DNA of 64,000 nucleotides, taken from IMG/VR virus record IMGVR_UViG_2061766007_000649. One strand, written 5' to 3'. Both the position numbers and the translations under genes were made by a program. The notes below the pieces were generated by a model that made no database searches, had not been told where the DNA came from, and saw nothing but the letters and a program-made list of their open reading frames with translations. The DNA comes from an uncultured virus (IMG/VR IMGVR_UViG_2061766007_000649) (lineage: Duplodnaviria > Heunggongvirae > Uroviricota > Caudoviricetes > Crassvirales). Positions 40,242-54,600 of this stretch are shown here, one piece after another; position 1 is the first letter of the stretch, and every line of letters starts with the position of its first letter.

Positions 40242-43200
40242 ATGCCTAGTCAGAAAGTACAATTCACGGTTAAAGGAATGTCAAGAGATTTAGCCGATTC
40301 CAAGTTTAACCCTGAATATGCATTTGAGAATAAAAATATTAGAATTACTCCTACTGAAAACAGTACCCTTCTCGTTCTTAGCAATGAGAAGGGGAATACT
40401 GTTATAGATACTCATACTAAATATAAAGGAGTGTCATACACTGTTTCTAGTAGAAAGGTTCTTGGGTATGCAGTTCTTTATAAGACTATAGTTCTTTTCT
40501 TTAAGGGCACAAATAATAATGTTGAGGAGGACTATATCAGCACTTTAAAGAGGAATAATACCGATACTCAATGGGAAGAGAACATTCTCTACAAGGGCAA
40601 TCTAAAGTTCAATGAGAACAATCCTATAGAAACTCTGCCTCTATATGAAGCGGAGGACATTCAAAAGGTATACTGGGTTGATGGTTTAAATCAGCCCAGA
40701 GTCATTAACATAGTGAATGATGAGGATCATGTAATTAGGGACAATGATAATACCCAGTTTGACTTTGTCACTACTCTTGCTTTAAATGAAGCAATTTTAA
40801 TAGAGAGAAAGCCAGATACTAGAGGAAGTTTTCCGGCAGGCGCTCTACAATATGCCATAACTTATTCAAAAAAGAATGGGCAGGAGTCAAGAATAGCTTG
40901 GATATCTAATGTTTACTATACCACATTTGAAGACAGAGCTGGTGCTCCAGATGAGCTAACTACTTCTTCTTATAAAATTACCATAGACTATNNNNNNNNN
41001 NNNNNNNNNNNNNNNNNNNNNNNNNNNNNNNNNNNNNNNAGGATGCAGGATTACAAACTAAGTTGGTTACTCAATTAGATATTAATCCTGACCAAAGTCA
41101 GAACTATGTTTATATTGATACCAATCTGTCTGGACAAACTATTACTCCTACTGACCTACTATATAAGGGAGGGGAAGAGTTAGTTGCTGACACCCTATCT
41201 ACAAAGGATAATACTCTATTCTTANNNNNNNNNNNNNNNNNNNNNNNNNNNNNNNNNNNNNNNNNNNNNNNNNNNNNNNNNNNNNNNNNNNTTATACTAT
41301 AATTGAGGGTTGGGAAGAAGAGGAAGGCTACTATCCTTACAAAAATCCACTACTTGAGAATACAGTTACCTATCTGAGAAGTGGAAATAAATATAGACTT
41401 GGAGTTCAAATTCAAGATGATAAGGNNNNNNNNNNNNNNNNNNNNTGGGAGACCAGTAATTAATCCTCTTGACCACTCATTAAGATTACCAAAGGTTCAG
41501 ATTACTCTTCCTTCAGGATTTGTAAGTGCCGCACTAACCGCTCATTATAAGAGAGTTAGACCAGTTGTTGTATATCCAGGGGTGAGTGAAAGGGGTGTTA
41601 TTGCCCAAGGTATAGTGTGTCCTACTGTATTTAGAAAAGATAGCAGACTGTCCAATAATCCATTTGCTCAATCTTCTTGGTTCTTTAGACCATATAATGC
41701 CAAGGGATATGCTGGAGATTCAGCATCAAAATACTCAGTAGAAGCCAGACNNNNNNNNNNNNNNNNNNNNNNNNNNNNNNNNNNNNNNNNNNNNNNNNNN
41801 NNNNNNNNNNNNNNNNNNNNNCTACCACTAACCCAAAGGACTACTATGTTGATGGCTCTATACTAAGTTTTTACTCTCCTGAAGTAAATGATACCCTAAT
41901 GGAGACAGACCTAGTTAATAGTGATATTAAGATAGTAGNNNNNNNNNNNNNNNNNNNNNNNNNNNNNNNNNNNNNNNNNNNNNNNNNNNNNNNNNNNNNN
42001 NNNNNNNNNNNNNNNNNNNNNNNNNNNNNNNNNNNNNNNNNNNNNNNNNNNNNNNNNNNNNNNNNNNNNNNNNNNNNNNNNNNNNNNNNNNNNNNNNNNN
42101 NNNNNNNNNNNNNNNNNNNNNNNNNNNNNNNNNNNNNNNNNNNNNNNNNNNNNNNNNNNNNNNNNNNNNNNNNNNNNNNNNNNNNNNNNNNNNNNNNNNN
42201 NNNNNNNNNNNNNNNNNNNNNNNNNNNNNNNNNNNNNNNNNNNNNNNNNNNNNNNNNNNNNNNNNNNNNNNNNNNNNNNNNNNNNNNNNNNNNNNNNNNN
42301 NNNNNNNNNNNNNNNNNNNNNNNNNNNNNNNCTGCGTGGAAGGACAACTTCTATGTTTTATATGCACAAAACTACGGACTTTATTTTGCCACTTACCCTT
42401 GGCATAAGGCTGGCTTATGGGAGAACCTTTCAGGAATAACAGAAAATAGCAGTATTATCACTAAGGTAATCTCCAACATCAGAATATCCCAGAACTTTGG
42501 TTATTACTCTACTTCAGGAGAAGAAACTGTTTCTACCGGAATCAGAGATAGGAGAATCTTTAGAAAAGAAANNNNNNNNNNNNNNNNNNNNNNNNNNNNN
42601 NNNNNNNNNNNNNNNNNNNNNNNNNNNNNNNNNNNNNNNNNNNNNNNNNNNNNNNNNNNNGCGCCACTTATATCAGATAACCAATATAATATATATGCAG
42701 CAGAAAGCTTTAATGGTACCCTAACTTCTCCAAGTGAATCGCCAATCACTACTGAATTTAAGAGCACTGCTCCTATTAATATTCAGTATAGGTCTACTGA
42801 CCATATAATTATTGCCTTAGAAAATGATGCTAACGGCAGAAGCGTTGAGCTTCCTACTCCATATTTTAGCTCTGATCCAAATGGTGATAAAACTATAAGT
42901 AAATATGAGGGAAATCTATTCTGGCTAGATGGTCAGGGAAGCNNNNNNNNNNNNNNNNNNNNNNNNNNNNNNNNNNNNNNNNNNNNNNNTATTATACTTC
43001 AGAGTATGGGACAGAGTATGTTATAAGATGTACTCCAGAGGGAGGTTCTGGTGATGACTATTTCCCTTGGACATTCACTGTTTGGAGATATACTGACGGT
43101 CAGTTTGTTAGTGACAACTTGCCTAGAACTGACTATAATATATTAGACGCCTCTGCTGCAACCTTGGTTGGTTCATTGCCTAACTTACTAGATTACTCTA

Positions 43201-44734
43201 CCTTCAACTTCTCAACAACTGATAGTGGTCATACCTGGACAGTTAGTAGTGCCTATCATTATAATGAAACTAAGATTTTGCCACAGGGAGTAGATTCTAC
43301 AAATGGAACCGAAGTGATGTGGGTTACTGAGTTGGTAAGACCTATTCCTGATGGTATCTTTGGTGGAAACAGTGAGTATGCTATTAAGAATAATAAGTGG
43401 TATCCTTGTGGGGAGCCAAAGAAGCTTGATATTAATGACAGAGTAATTGATGTAACAGAGGGAGACACTATATTTAATAGGTGGGATTGCTTAAAGACAT
43501 TGCCTTATACTCCAGAGGACACTAATCAGATAGTGGAGATAATGTCCTTTATGTGTGAGTCCTATATTAACACTGCTGGTAGATATGATAAGAATAGAGG
43601 CTTGCAGGACTATACTTTCCTTACAGATGCTGTTCCATTCAATCAAATTAACCCAGCATANNNNNNNNNNNNCACTTATAGAATTACTGACCTAGAGAAA
43701 AATAAGGAGACTGACTATCCTACTCTGGTCACTTGGTCTATGAGTAAAACTCTTGGTGAGGAGATAGATTCTTGGACACACATTGTGCTGGCTTCANNNN
43801 NNNNNNNNNNNNNNNNNNNNNNNNNNNNNNNNNNNNNNNNNNNNCAATTTTTGCTTTCCAGGATAAGGGCATTGCTGAGATTATTTATAATCCAACCACA
43901 GCAATTGCCACTACAGCCGGCGTTCCTATTGAAATTGCTAATTCAGGTAAGGTCGAGGGCAAGAGGTATATATCTGAAAATATAGGATGCACTAATAAGT
44001 GGTCTATTTGTACTACTCCTGCGGGTATCTATTTCATAGACAGTATCAACAAGAAGGTATATTTATGGTCAGATNNNNNNNNNNNNNNNNNNNNNNAGCA
44101 GAATGGATTTACTTCTTGGTTTAATACTCAAATAAACAGAGTAAAAAGTGATGGCTGGAACTTCGAGGTATTTGATGACTTTGTTACTCAGTATGATAGG
44201 ACAGTTGGAGATGTTTACTTTATTAATAAAGATAAGTGTTTAGCCTTTAATGAAAGCCTTGCTACATTTACTTCATTCTATGACTATGAAAAAACTCCAT
44301 TCTTTATTAATCTAGATAACTACTGCGTTTCTGTACATAGCGGTAAACTCTGGGATCAGCATCTAGGACAATATAATATCTTCTTTGATGCCTCTCAGAA
44401 TCCAACTCCTAAACCCTATTGGACAGAGGTTGTGGTTAACCCAAATCCTACTCAAGACAAAATCTTTGATAACATTGAATTCAGAGCTGATAGCTGGAAT
44501 GGGGCTACTCTGNNNNNNNNNNNNNNNNNNNNNNAAAGTGCTTTAACTTGGCTAAAAGGTTATCCTTCTACTCTTAAAAAGAAGTTTAGAATATGGTATG
44601 CTAATATACCAAGAGATAAAACCAGTAAGAGGGATAGAATGAGGAACACCTGGTTACATCTAAAACTTGAAAAGAAAAACCCAGGAACTGAAAGAACAGT
44701 TCTGCATGACCTTCAAGTGAAATACTTCATCTAA
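40242..44734 (+). CDS. tail stabilisation/muzzle protein, about 1500 aa, gap-broken
   Basis: GMSRDL, KVYWVDGLNQPRVIN, GDTIFNRWDCLKT, GCTNKWSI, FTSFYDY, KKFRIW...RMRNTW. Confidence 0.8.
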
Positions 44735-44739
44735 AATAT

Positions 44740-44783
44740 AGTGGGGTAATAAGTTAAATTCTTATTGCTCCACTAATTTTTTT
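44740..44783 (+). terminator. intrinsic terminator
   Basis: AGTGGGGTAATAAG...CTTATTGCTCCACT plus T-run. Confidence 0.65.
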
Positions 44784-44792
44784 GGAATAGTC

Positions 44793-44825
44793 TTGTTTAA
44801 TTGAAATAGATTTAATATTTTTGCA
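44793..44825 (+). promoter_or_regulatory. Bacteroidota sigma-A-type promoter
   Basis: TTG (44793), N20, TATTTTTGCA (44816). Confidence 0.65.
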
Positions 44826-44906
44826 CAANNNNNNNNNNNNNNNNNNNNNNNNNNNNNNNNNNNNNNNNNNNNNNNNNNNNNNNNNNNNNNNNNNNNNNNN
44901 NNNNNN

Positions 44907-47234
44907 AACAAGCAGGTGGAAAGTCAGCAGATGAACTTTGGGGCATGACTAAGTCTGGTATAGGTGATGCTCTAAAGGGCAATGCTGCAAATATTGCTCT
45001 GGGAATTGGCAGCAAAATTATAAATCCTAATGGTAATACAACTGCTTTTAGTGATTTTGGCAATACTGTTGGCAACCTTGTTGGAATGATTCCTGGAGTT
45101 GGAACAGTGGCTGGATTAGGTATTAAAGGCATCACCGCTTTGACTGATGCTGCTTTTGGTTCTAATGTTAATGAGGCTGCAGTTAGAGGCTTGAGGGCTG
45201 ATTTAAATGCTGCACAAAATAGCANNNNNNNNNNNNNNNNNNNNNNNNNNNNNNNNNNNNNNNNNNNATACTTTAGCTGATAGCGTAGAAGACCTTGGTG
45301 ATATTAATGTTGCTGGTGCAGACTTGGGCTCTCAAGGATGGTTCAATCATGATGTAGATAAAGCCAGAAATAGATTAAAAAGACAACAGCAAATGGCTCA
45401 GGCAGCTATTGATTATGCTGCTGATAATATAAATACTTTAGAGAATAGACAAATGATGGGTACAGCACTTGCTGATGGGGGNNNNNNNNNNNNNNNNNNN
45501 NNNNNNNNNNNNNNNNNNNNNNGATGGGTATGGGTGTTCAAGAGGCTGCCAGTCATATATTAGCCAATAAGGAGAGATATTCTCCAGCTATGGTTAAAAA
45601 GGCAAACTTCGCTAAAAATGCATCTAAGTGGCATGCAGAAGGGGGCCCTATCTTTAAGACTGATTATGATATGGGTTTAACCTTCATTAANNNNNNNNNN
45701 NNNNNNNNNNNNNNNNNNNNNNNNNNNNNNNNNNNNNNNNNNNNNNNNNNNNNNNNNNNNNNNNNNNNNNNNNNNNNNNNNNNNNNNNNNNNNNAAAGTT
45801 CCTAAAGCTGTGAGAAATAAATATAAATTAAGAGAAAAGAAGGATCTATCCTTTGCAGATGCTATTGAAGAATACATCAAGAAGAACGGCATTGAGGAAA
45901 GAAATAATGACCCTATTGCTAATAGAGGACTTGAAGCATTTGCAAGTGAACTAGCTATGGAACAAGAAATGGTTAAAGCTAAGAAAGAAATGAAAGAAAG
46001 TAGACAAGCTGCTTTTGGTGGACACCTATTTGACAGAGGCGGTCCATATATTCTCTATGATAGAAACTATAGAGACTTTGATACTCTTTATAATGAAGAG
46101 TCTCCTTATATGCAAGCATTGAATTGGTTTAATCAGCCAGAAAATAGTGCACAAAGAGATGCCCTTATTGCTGATATCAACTCTGGTAAGTATAATAATA
46201 CTACTGATAATATCAATGGTTTTACTGTTACTCCAGATAATTGGTATGGTCTAGCCACGGATTATAAGAAGGGACCAGTTCACAACGCATTAATTGCTTG
46301 GGCCAATCAGACACATGCTGACGCGGAAGCTAATAGGGCTTTAGGGGCGTTGCCAGAAATTAGTGACTCCAATATCCTTAATAACGGAGTAGTTAGCACT
46401 AGGGCCCTTAATAAATTCGGAAAATTAGATAATACCAGTGCTACCTGGAATTATGCTACTGATAAGGGAGGTTTATACTACAATACAGAGCCAGAGCTTC
46501 CCGGCTCTTCTATTGAGGAAAGAGTAAAGAAAGCACAAAAACCTGCTGAGGATGAAGAAACTGGCTATGACCCTGCTTATTGGTTAGCTGGTTTAGGAGC
46601 TAATGTCTCTGGGTTAATGGCTAACATTTTAGACCCATATAGGCCTCAAGTTCTTAATGAGATTAGGGCTCCTAGAATGATCAACCCTAAGTACATAGGC
46701 GATTATACGGAATATACTCCATACGATATCAACTATGCTACAANNNNNNNNNNNNNNNNNNNNNNNNNNNNNNTAATGCAGAGCATAGCTCCAATCAGAA
46801 ATGCATCACTGCTTGCTAATGACTTCAACAACAATGCTACAAGGGGTGCAACTAGAAGACAAGCACTTGAATATAATGACAGTTTAAGAAAGGCTGTTGC
46901 TGATTTCAATAGAAATACTAACGAGTTTAATGCTCAGATGTATGTTGATGCTGCTGCTAGAAATCAGGCTGCTAAGCAGGCCTACTTTGAAAATAGAATG
47001 AGGCAGGCTCAGTTTAATGCTCAGATGGACTTTCAACATAAGATGGCTAAAGACCAAGCTATTGGCCAAGGCATTACAAGCATTGCTGACTACTTAAATA
47101 ATGTAGGCAAAGAGGATGTCGCTAGAGCTGGGGTTGATGTATATCAATCTACCATGCCAACAGGAAATGCTGCAACTCAAGAGTATACTAGATTAGCAGG
47201 AAGAAGAAATTCAAAATCTAGAAGGAGAAGATAA
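44907..47234 (+). CDS. virion cargo/ejection protein 1 (start in gap, gap-broken)
   Basis: Gly/Ala hydrophobic segments, KKANFAKNASKWH, repeated GG motifs; follows muzzle gene. Confidence 0.65.
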
Positions 47235-47235
47235 T

Positions 47236-48592
47236 ATGGCATATATGGTTGTTAATAGCAGATATAATCCATATAGCTATGAGGAATTAGTTAAGCCTCT
47301 AGTGGATTATACTACTGCATATGAAAAACAGGAAGCTCTAGCAGATGCTTATGCAACTGCTGCTGCTAGTCTAGACTCGCTGTCTCCAGACTTAGATAGT
47401 GCTGAATATCAGAATTATAATAACTGGAAGAGTGAGCTAAAGGCTGCTAGTGATTTACTTGCTACATCTGGACTGACTCCAGAGGTTAGGAGCACCCTTA
47501 AATCTTTAGGTACTAGATTTAGTACTGAGCTAAATCCTGCATTAGAGAAAATGAAAACTAGAGCAGAATTAGTAAAAGAACAAAGGGCTGCTCTAGCGAA
47601 GAATCCCAATCTAATGTTTGATGTAGATTATAGTGCTACTCCATTAGGTAGTATTAGCCCCTCCTCTACCTACAATACTTACGACTTAGATAATATACTT
47701 AAAGAGGTTGGTAATGATGTTTATAGTAGAATGAGTGCTGGGGNNNNNNNNNNNNNNNNNNNNNNNNATATTTAACTAAATATGCTACTGGATTATCTGA
47801 TGCTAATAAAATCGCTTTGATAAATAATGCTGTTACCTCTGGTATGAATTTAGGTAGCTCTACCTACCAACAGAAAGAGTTTGATAACTACATTAATAAG
47901 ATTAAAGCAACCAAAATAGGGAGTAGAGGAGGTACGGGTACACCAAGTCCTACCGGAAAACTAACTACAATTAATGCTTATGATGGTACTGCTATCAATG
48001 TTTCCTACAATAAAAAAACCGGGAAATATCAGATAAAAAACAAGGATAAAAAAGATGTAGTTCTTCCAGATAATTATACTGCAGATGATATCCTAAAACA
48101 GTACTATGGGGGAGATTACAATTATATTAATGTCTTTGGCAGTACAGTTCCTAGNNNNNNNNNNNNNNNNNNNNNNNNNNNNNNNNNNNNNNNNNNNNNN
48201 NNNNNNNNNNNNNNNNNNNNNNNNNNNNNNNNNNNNNNNNNNNNNNNNNNGCGGCAATACTACTAAGCGGGAGCTCTACAAAACCCTTACCGGAGAGAAC
48301 TTAACTGCTCTTACTCCTTCTGAGAAAAGCAGAAGATTGGGGGCTGTTTCTGATGATGATATAAGGAAGAATCTAGAGANNNNNNNNNNNNNNNNNNNNN
48401 NNNNNNNNNNNNNNNNNNNNCTCTGCTAATTTAACTGAGGCTTTAGTTAAAAAGTTAGATGCCCTAGAGAGTGTGGGAGCTTCCTTCCATACTACCTTAT
48501 ATAGAGATAAAAATGGTCAGACTGTGGGCTGGGATATTGCATCTGAGGGAGATAATATTGATGCTCCTATCGAGGATAAATTTGGTGCTTAA
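47236..48592 (+). CDS. virion cargo/ejection protein 2 (gap-broken)
   Basis: YNPYSYEELVKPL...; fragments in series to TAA 48592. Confidence 0.6.
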
Positions 48593-48602
48593 ATAAAATA
48601 TT

Positions 48603-51600
48603 ATGGCATTACCAGGAATAAGACTTACAGATTTATATAACTCTGAAGATTACAAGAATTGGATGGCAGACTCTACTAATACTAAGTTAGTAGAGTCTAN
48701 NNNNNNNNNNNNNNNCCCAGAATTAATTAAGGGTCACCTCTATATGAATTCTAGAATTAAGCAAGATATAGGAGAAGATGCTTTTAACAACCTTCCTGAA
48801 GGTCTAGGTTTAAGTGCCAAGATTGACTGGTACAATAATAATCTTCCAGAGGACTTTGGTGAGGAAGAATTAGAAGTTCCTCAGCAAGATACTGCTAGTA
48901 TACTACCTACTCAAGAACCACAGGGCATAACCCCAGAAATAGATGGTGGAAATGTAGTTCCAACATCAGAGAATGGGCATGCTATGTTTGATTGGTTTAG
49001 GGAGAAATCTAATGCTGCCTCTGATAGGATGTATCAACAGTATTTAGATGCCAATAGACCAAAGACTGCCAGAACTGTTATAGATCCNNNNNNNNNNNNN
49101 NNNNACAAAAGCATATCAGAATTTAGAAAAGATGAAGGAAGAGCATCCAGAGAATGTAGCTGGTATTAAGATTCTTGAAAATGCTCTAAATGTTGCCATA
49201 GCTAAGCAAGAGGAAGAGGAAGAGCAGGCTTCTCAAAGAGCTGCAGATAATCTCAGTGACTTCAGGTTTATCTTTGATAATGTTAATGACAGTAGATATC
49301 TCCCTGTAAATAGGGAGATGTGGAATAGTGCCAAAACTCAGAATACTGTTGATGATTTATCTGGTGAGCTAAGAGATAAAATGGAGGCAGACCCTCAGTT
49401 TGCCTTTAGTGCTTTTGAGCAGTTTGATAGACTTTCAGCTGAGATGATTCCTCAGTACAGAAATTATCATGACACAGATGCTATGCCTCTTACTCCTAAT
49501 GAGATGAAAGATATAATGGCTCAATACTATGCTATTAGAACCATTAAAGACTTAAATGAGGCCAACAACTATGTTCAGTCTACTCTTCAAAACACTTTAG
49601 CTAGTCATCAAAGTATCCTTCAAAAGGCTAATATCGCATTAGAGCAGGCTGCTGTAAACTTCACTGGAAATACAGCAGCTACCATTGGTATAATAGCTAA
49701 TACTCCAAATGCTATAGCCTGGGCTCTTAGAGAAGACATGGATATTGAGGACCTTGGAGGGTTCAAGGAGTTTCTTTATTACACTACTCAGAATCCTATT
49801 ACTCAATGGGCCAATGATTTACAAAGAACCGGTACTTGGTTACCTGGAGCACAAGAGGCCTATAAAGAGTTGGAACTTAATAGATTACAGCTTCAAAGAC
49901 AGGCTGGAAATGAAACTAAGTTCCTTGATTGGAATACACCATTCGATCTTTTTGCTCAAGGCGCCTACACTGTTGCTGGTATGCTTACTGGTGGTGCCAC
50001 TGCACAGGTTTTAAATGCTACGCTAGGACAGGGTGCTTCTCAAGTTGCTACAAAACTTCTTAGTAGAGAAGCAGCTGGTTGGGGTACTAGATTCGCTGCT
50101 AGAGCCATTAATACTTTAGGCAATGCAGTTGCTGTTGGTGCTACTGCTTATCTTCCTGCTGCTGCTGAAGCATCTATGGATGCTATGGAGAAATATAATC
50201 TAGTTAAGGATGCTGCTGAGCAGGATGTTTTAGCTGGTATTGAGAAAGAACTTCAGGCTGATTTAGAGGACGGTACTTTTGAGGCATGGTATAATGTCAA
50301 TAGTAGACTTCCTCTTATGATGCCACCTAAAGAGGGCTGGGCCCCAGGTGAACTTGAGAGGCAGACTGAACTAAGAAGCCAAGAGAGAGCATATCTTTGG
50401 GAGCAATATAGAGATATGAAAGTTCAACAGGCATTGAATGATCCAGAAACTAAGCAAGCTATTGATAATCTTGCTTTTAGAACTGGTGCTAAAACAATGT
50501 TTGATGAAGCTACCTGGATTGCTTTTGGTGATACCTTCTTTAGTAACATTCTAGGTAGAAGCTTTAGGGAGTTGAAGAAGGGAGTAGTTAGGGGGGTTAC
50601 TGGTAAGCCAGTGACTCATTATAATTGGGTACCTGAAGGAGGTTATTATAAGGCTGTACCTAAGCCAGTTACTGGATGGCAGAAAGCAGGTGCCGTTGGC
50701 AAGGGAGCATTTGAAGCATTTGAGGAAGGTTTTGAGGAGTTATTCCAGACTGTTGATTCCCAAATGAGAGAGGATATTGCTCACAATTATATTGCTGAAT
50801 ACATTGCTAACAGATATGACCCAGGTGCTACCGGCCAGCTATCAGATAACTTAAGAGAGAACTGGGATATTGCAAAGAAGAGTATAGGTGAAAATGTATT
50901 CAGTGAAGAGGCATTATACTCATTTATGCTCGGTGCTGTCTCTGCTGGTTTTGGCTCTCCTACTGTCTTACAGGGCATTAAAACTACTGCTGATAAAAAG
51001 AAGAAAGGGCAGAGTTGGTCCATTTGGGACTTCTGGAGAAACCCTATTGCTGAGAACCTTCAAGAGCTAAAGATTAAGCAAGTTCAGGATGCTGAGGAAG
51101 CCNNNNNNNNNNNNNNNNNNTATAATGATGAAGTTGCAGTACTAAAGTTCCTTGCAGACCAAGATATTGCTGCTACCAGAGATGATGAAGTATCTTATAG
51201 AGATGCTTTAATGGGCCAGAAGGTGGCTACTCTGCTTATGATGGATAGAGTAAATCCTAATGGTATGAAATTAAATCTTCATGCTAGATTAAAGGCTTTA
51301 TCAAATCTAAATGCTAGTAGTCCTGAGGCCAGAGCTATTGTAGATCAGATGCTTCAAGGGGATGACTCCATAGTCAGAACCACTGAAGGCCCCCTGAATG
51401 AGGAGGAAGTTGCTGTGCTTAATAAGGCTGTTAAGAGAGCCAAAGAAGATATTAACACTTATAAGAATGTTAAAGCACAGATGGCTATTCTCAACTCTCA
51501 GTTTGGTAATAGCATTAGTACAGAGGCTAAAGAAGCCCTTGCTTATGGTATTGTAATGCACACTGATTGGGGTAATAGAGTTAATGAGATTGTTNNNNNN

Positions 51601-54600
51601 NNNNGCAAATCCCAACAATCAAACTATTCCTATCAGTCAGGAGGAATTAGAAGCCAAGAACGCTATTGCTAGATATGGCAATCTGCAGGAGGTTGAGAAT
51701 GAGTATAAGCAACTCATGGCTGCTAGAAATATTCTCAAAGCAAGAAAGAAGAGTATGTACAAGTATGAGTACAAATCTGCTCTTGAGAAGAATGCACAAC
51801 AAATCCGTGAGAACAGAGCAGCCAAGCAAGCATTAAGTGGGGAGAATCTGCCATTAGTTACTGCTAATGAGATATTAAGTCTATCTAACAAAGCAAGGGC
51901 TTATATGCTAGATGAAGCTAATAGAAAGAACTACTCTAAAGCTCAGCTTGAGGAGATTGATAAGTTTACTTCTTCTGATGGTATCAATGGTCAAACTCTC
52001 ACTGATCTAAAGGATGCTGGTAGACTTGAGAATAAGATGAATTACTTCAAGCAGGAGTATAATGAACTTATCAAGAGTAATGGTGCATTAGTTCCTCTAT
52101 TTGATAGAGATGTTAGAGCCAAAGCCTCAGAGAGATGGAGCAGAGCTAAGCTGGAGAATGTTCTAAATGCTGACACCTATGGGGCATTTAGAGATGAGAT
52201 GGATAAGGCACTTTCTACTGGAGAATTTAGTGTTAATGATAGAGCACAATTCTCTAAAATCTTTAATGATGAAAGTAACCTCAACCCCAACTCCTCTAAA
52301 TTCTACCAACAATATAAGAAAGAAGAAGTCAGTAGAGCACAGACTAGAAAGATATTAGAGAATAGTCCTGCCTACCAANNNNNNNNNNNNNNNNNNNNNN
52401 NNNNNNNNNNNNNNNNNNNNNNNNNNNNNNNNNNNNNNNNNNNNNNNNNNNNNNNNNNNNNNNNNNNNNNNNNNNNNNNNNNNNNNNNNNNNNNNNNNNN
52501 NNNNNNNNNNNNNNNNNNNNNNNNNNNNNNNNNNNNNNNNNNNNNNNNNNNNNNNNNNNNNNNNNNNNNNNNNNNNNNNNNNNNNNNNNNNNNNNNNNNN
52601 NNNNNNNNNNNNNNNNNNNNNNNNNNATAAAACTAGATATCAAAGCAGTAAAGATTTATTTGATACAATCTTTAAGAAAGTTGCATCAATCTTTACCAAG
52701 AAAGATCCTCAAATATTATCTAAAGAGGACTTCATTAACTTAATGAGTCTGTACTCCACTGAAGGGCTGTCAACAGATANNNNNNNNNNNNNNNNNNNNN
52801 NNNNNNNNNNNNNNNNNNNCTGTCTACTCTTGAGAATGCTTCTTATCTAAATCCTGAAGCTGCCAAAGATATTAAGTATCAGAATACAGTCAACTTGGTT
52901 AAAACTATAAAGGATATACTGGGAGTAATTGATTTAAGTGAAAAAACCTCTAAGCCTACTGACTTAAATTCTTTCATTAGAAACTCTATTATAGAACTTA
53001 ATCCTAGTATGACTGCTGACTTCAAGACAAAGGATGTCAAGCTGCCTAAAAGGTTGAAAGAATTCAACTCAAAGAAGTTTAGTGCCTTAGGAACTCAGGC
53101 AGAAAAAGACTGGTATAATAGCAATGATATTGAAGGTAATCTAAGTAAAGTTGCTGCTCTTAGAGCCCAAAAACAAGAGTATGTATTTATTAAGGATTCC
53201 TCTTTAATAAATGATGTTAGAAATGAGCTTGGAATTGAAGAGTTCACAGATGACAATGTGCCAATCATTATAGCTGCCAGAGTCACCAAAGGTACAGAAG
53301 GAGCCATTCAATTAGAAGATGGAAACTATTACCTCTATGTTGGCTTATTACAGGACTCTAGAGTTTCTCCAGGACTGTATGATAGAAACGAACTTAATGC
53401 TTTAAGAAATGTAGCTATTCAACAAGAAGAAGATGGCCCAATTAAACAGGACGGAAAGATTTATTTCTCTAAAGGAGGCACTATCAAGTATGCTAATAAA
53501 TCAGAAGATGCCAAGACTGAAACTGATTCTTTAAAAGAGTGGTTACTTGATAAGTATAAGGGAGATAAGGACGCTGCTAAAGCGGACTTTATAAAGCACT
53601 TTAGGGGGCTAGTCGCACATATTAATCCTGAAACCAGAGAAGCGTCTGGTAGTGTTGAATGGAATGGTAAAAGAATAAATATATCATTTCCCTATAAAGG
53701 AACTCTCGGCAGAGACACCTACAAGTATGCCATCTATATGCTTGAGAAACCAGATGGTACTGTAGATCCTAAGATATTATTTGTTAGAGACTTAGATGAG
53801 TTTAGTTTTGATACAGAATTAGGAATATCCAATGTCTATGAGGCTCTTAGTGGTCCACTACTTACTGATAAGCAATATAAGGATGTTAAAGAGTTAGATT
53901 TCTTAAGGAGACCTGTAAATTACATTTACACCAGACTTATTGCTCCTAATATTGAGGGACTTAGTTCCTCAAGAGCAAGCACTAAGCAAGAAGCTATAAA
54001 TGCTATGCAGCATAGTCNNNNNNNNNNNNNNNNNNNNNNNNNNNNAAGCAATCAGCAAAGCACGGTCCAGATTTTGAGGTTAACTTTAGAATTAAGGATA
54101 ATAATCTAGAATTTACTGCTTATCAAGAGACAGATGCTGGCAAAACTCAATATGGAGATATTCCTATAGTACTGTCTAGTCTTCCATTAGAAGATCTTAA
54201 ATCTGCAGAAGCAGCCATTAGATTTGTTCAGAATGNNNNNNNNNNNNNNNNNNNNNNNNNNTCTGGAATTCTCAGAAGAGATGATAATGGATATCCATTA
54301 GTTAAGTTCCAAATCAATTATAGAGAGAGTGAGAGTGAGGCTAAGAATGTCTTTGATGAGGATAAAGTTGAGGATCTTCTTCTAGCAAATGCTTGGAAAC
54401 TTANNNNNNNNNNNNNNNAAAGCATTGCTGTTAATCCTACTGTTCAGGGTGGACCTGCCCCTATAAAGAATACAGGCAATCCAGTTCAAGATGCTATTGA
54501 TGCTATTACTCAGCCAGAGTTTATAGACGAGCATGAGGGTGAACACTTTGAGGTTGGTCCAAATGAAACTGAGGTTACTACATTCATTCATGGTACTGAG

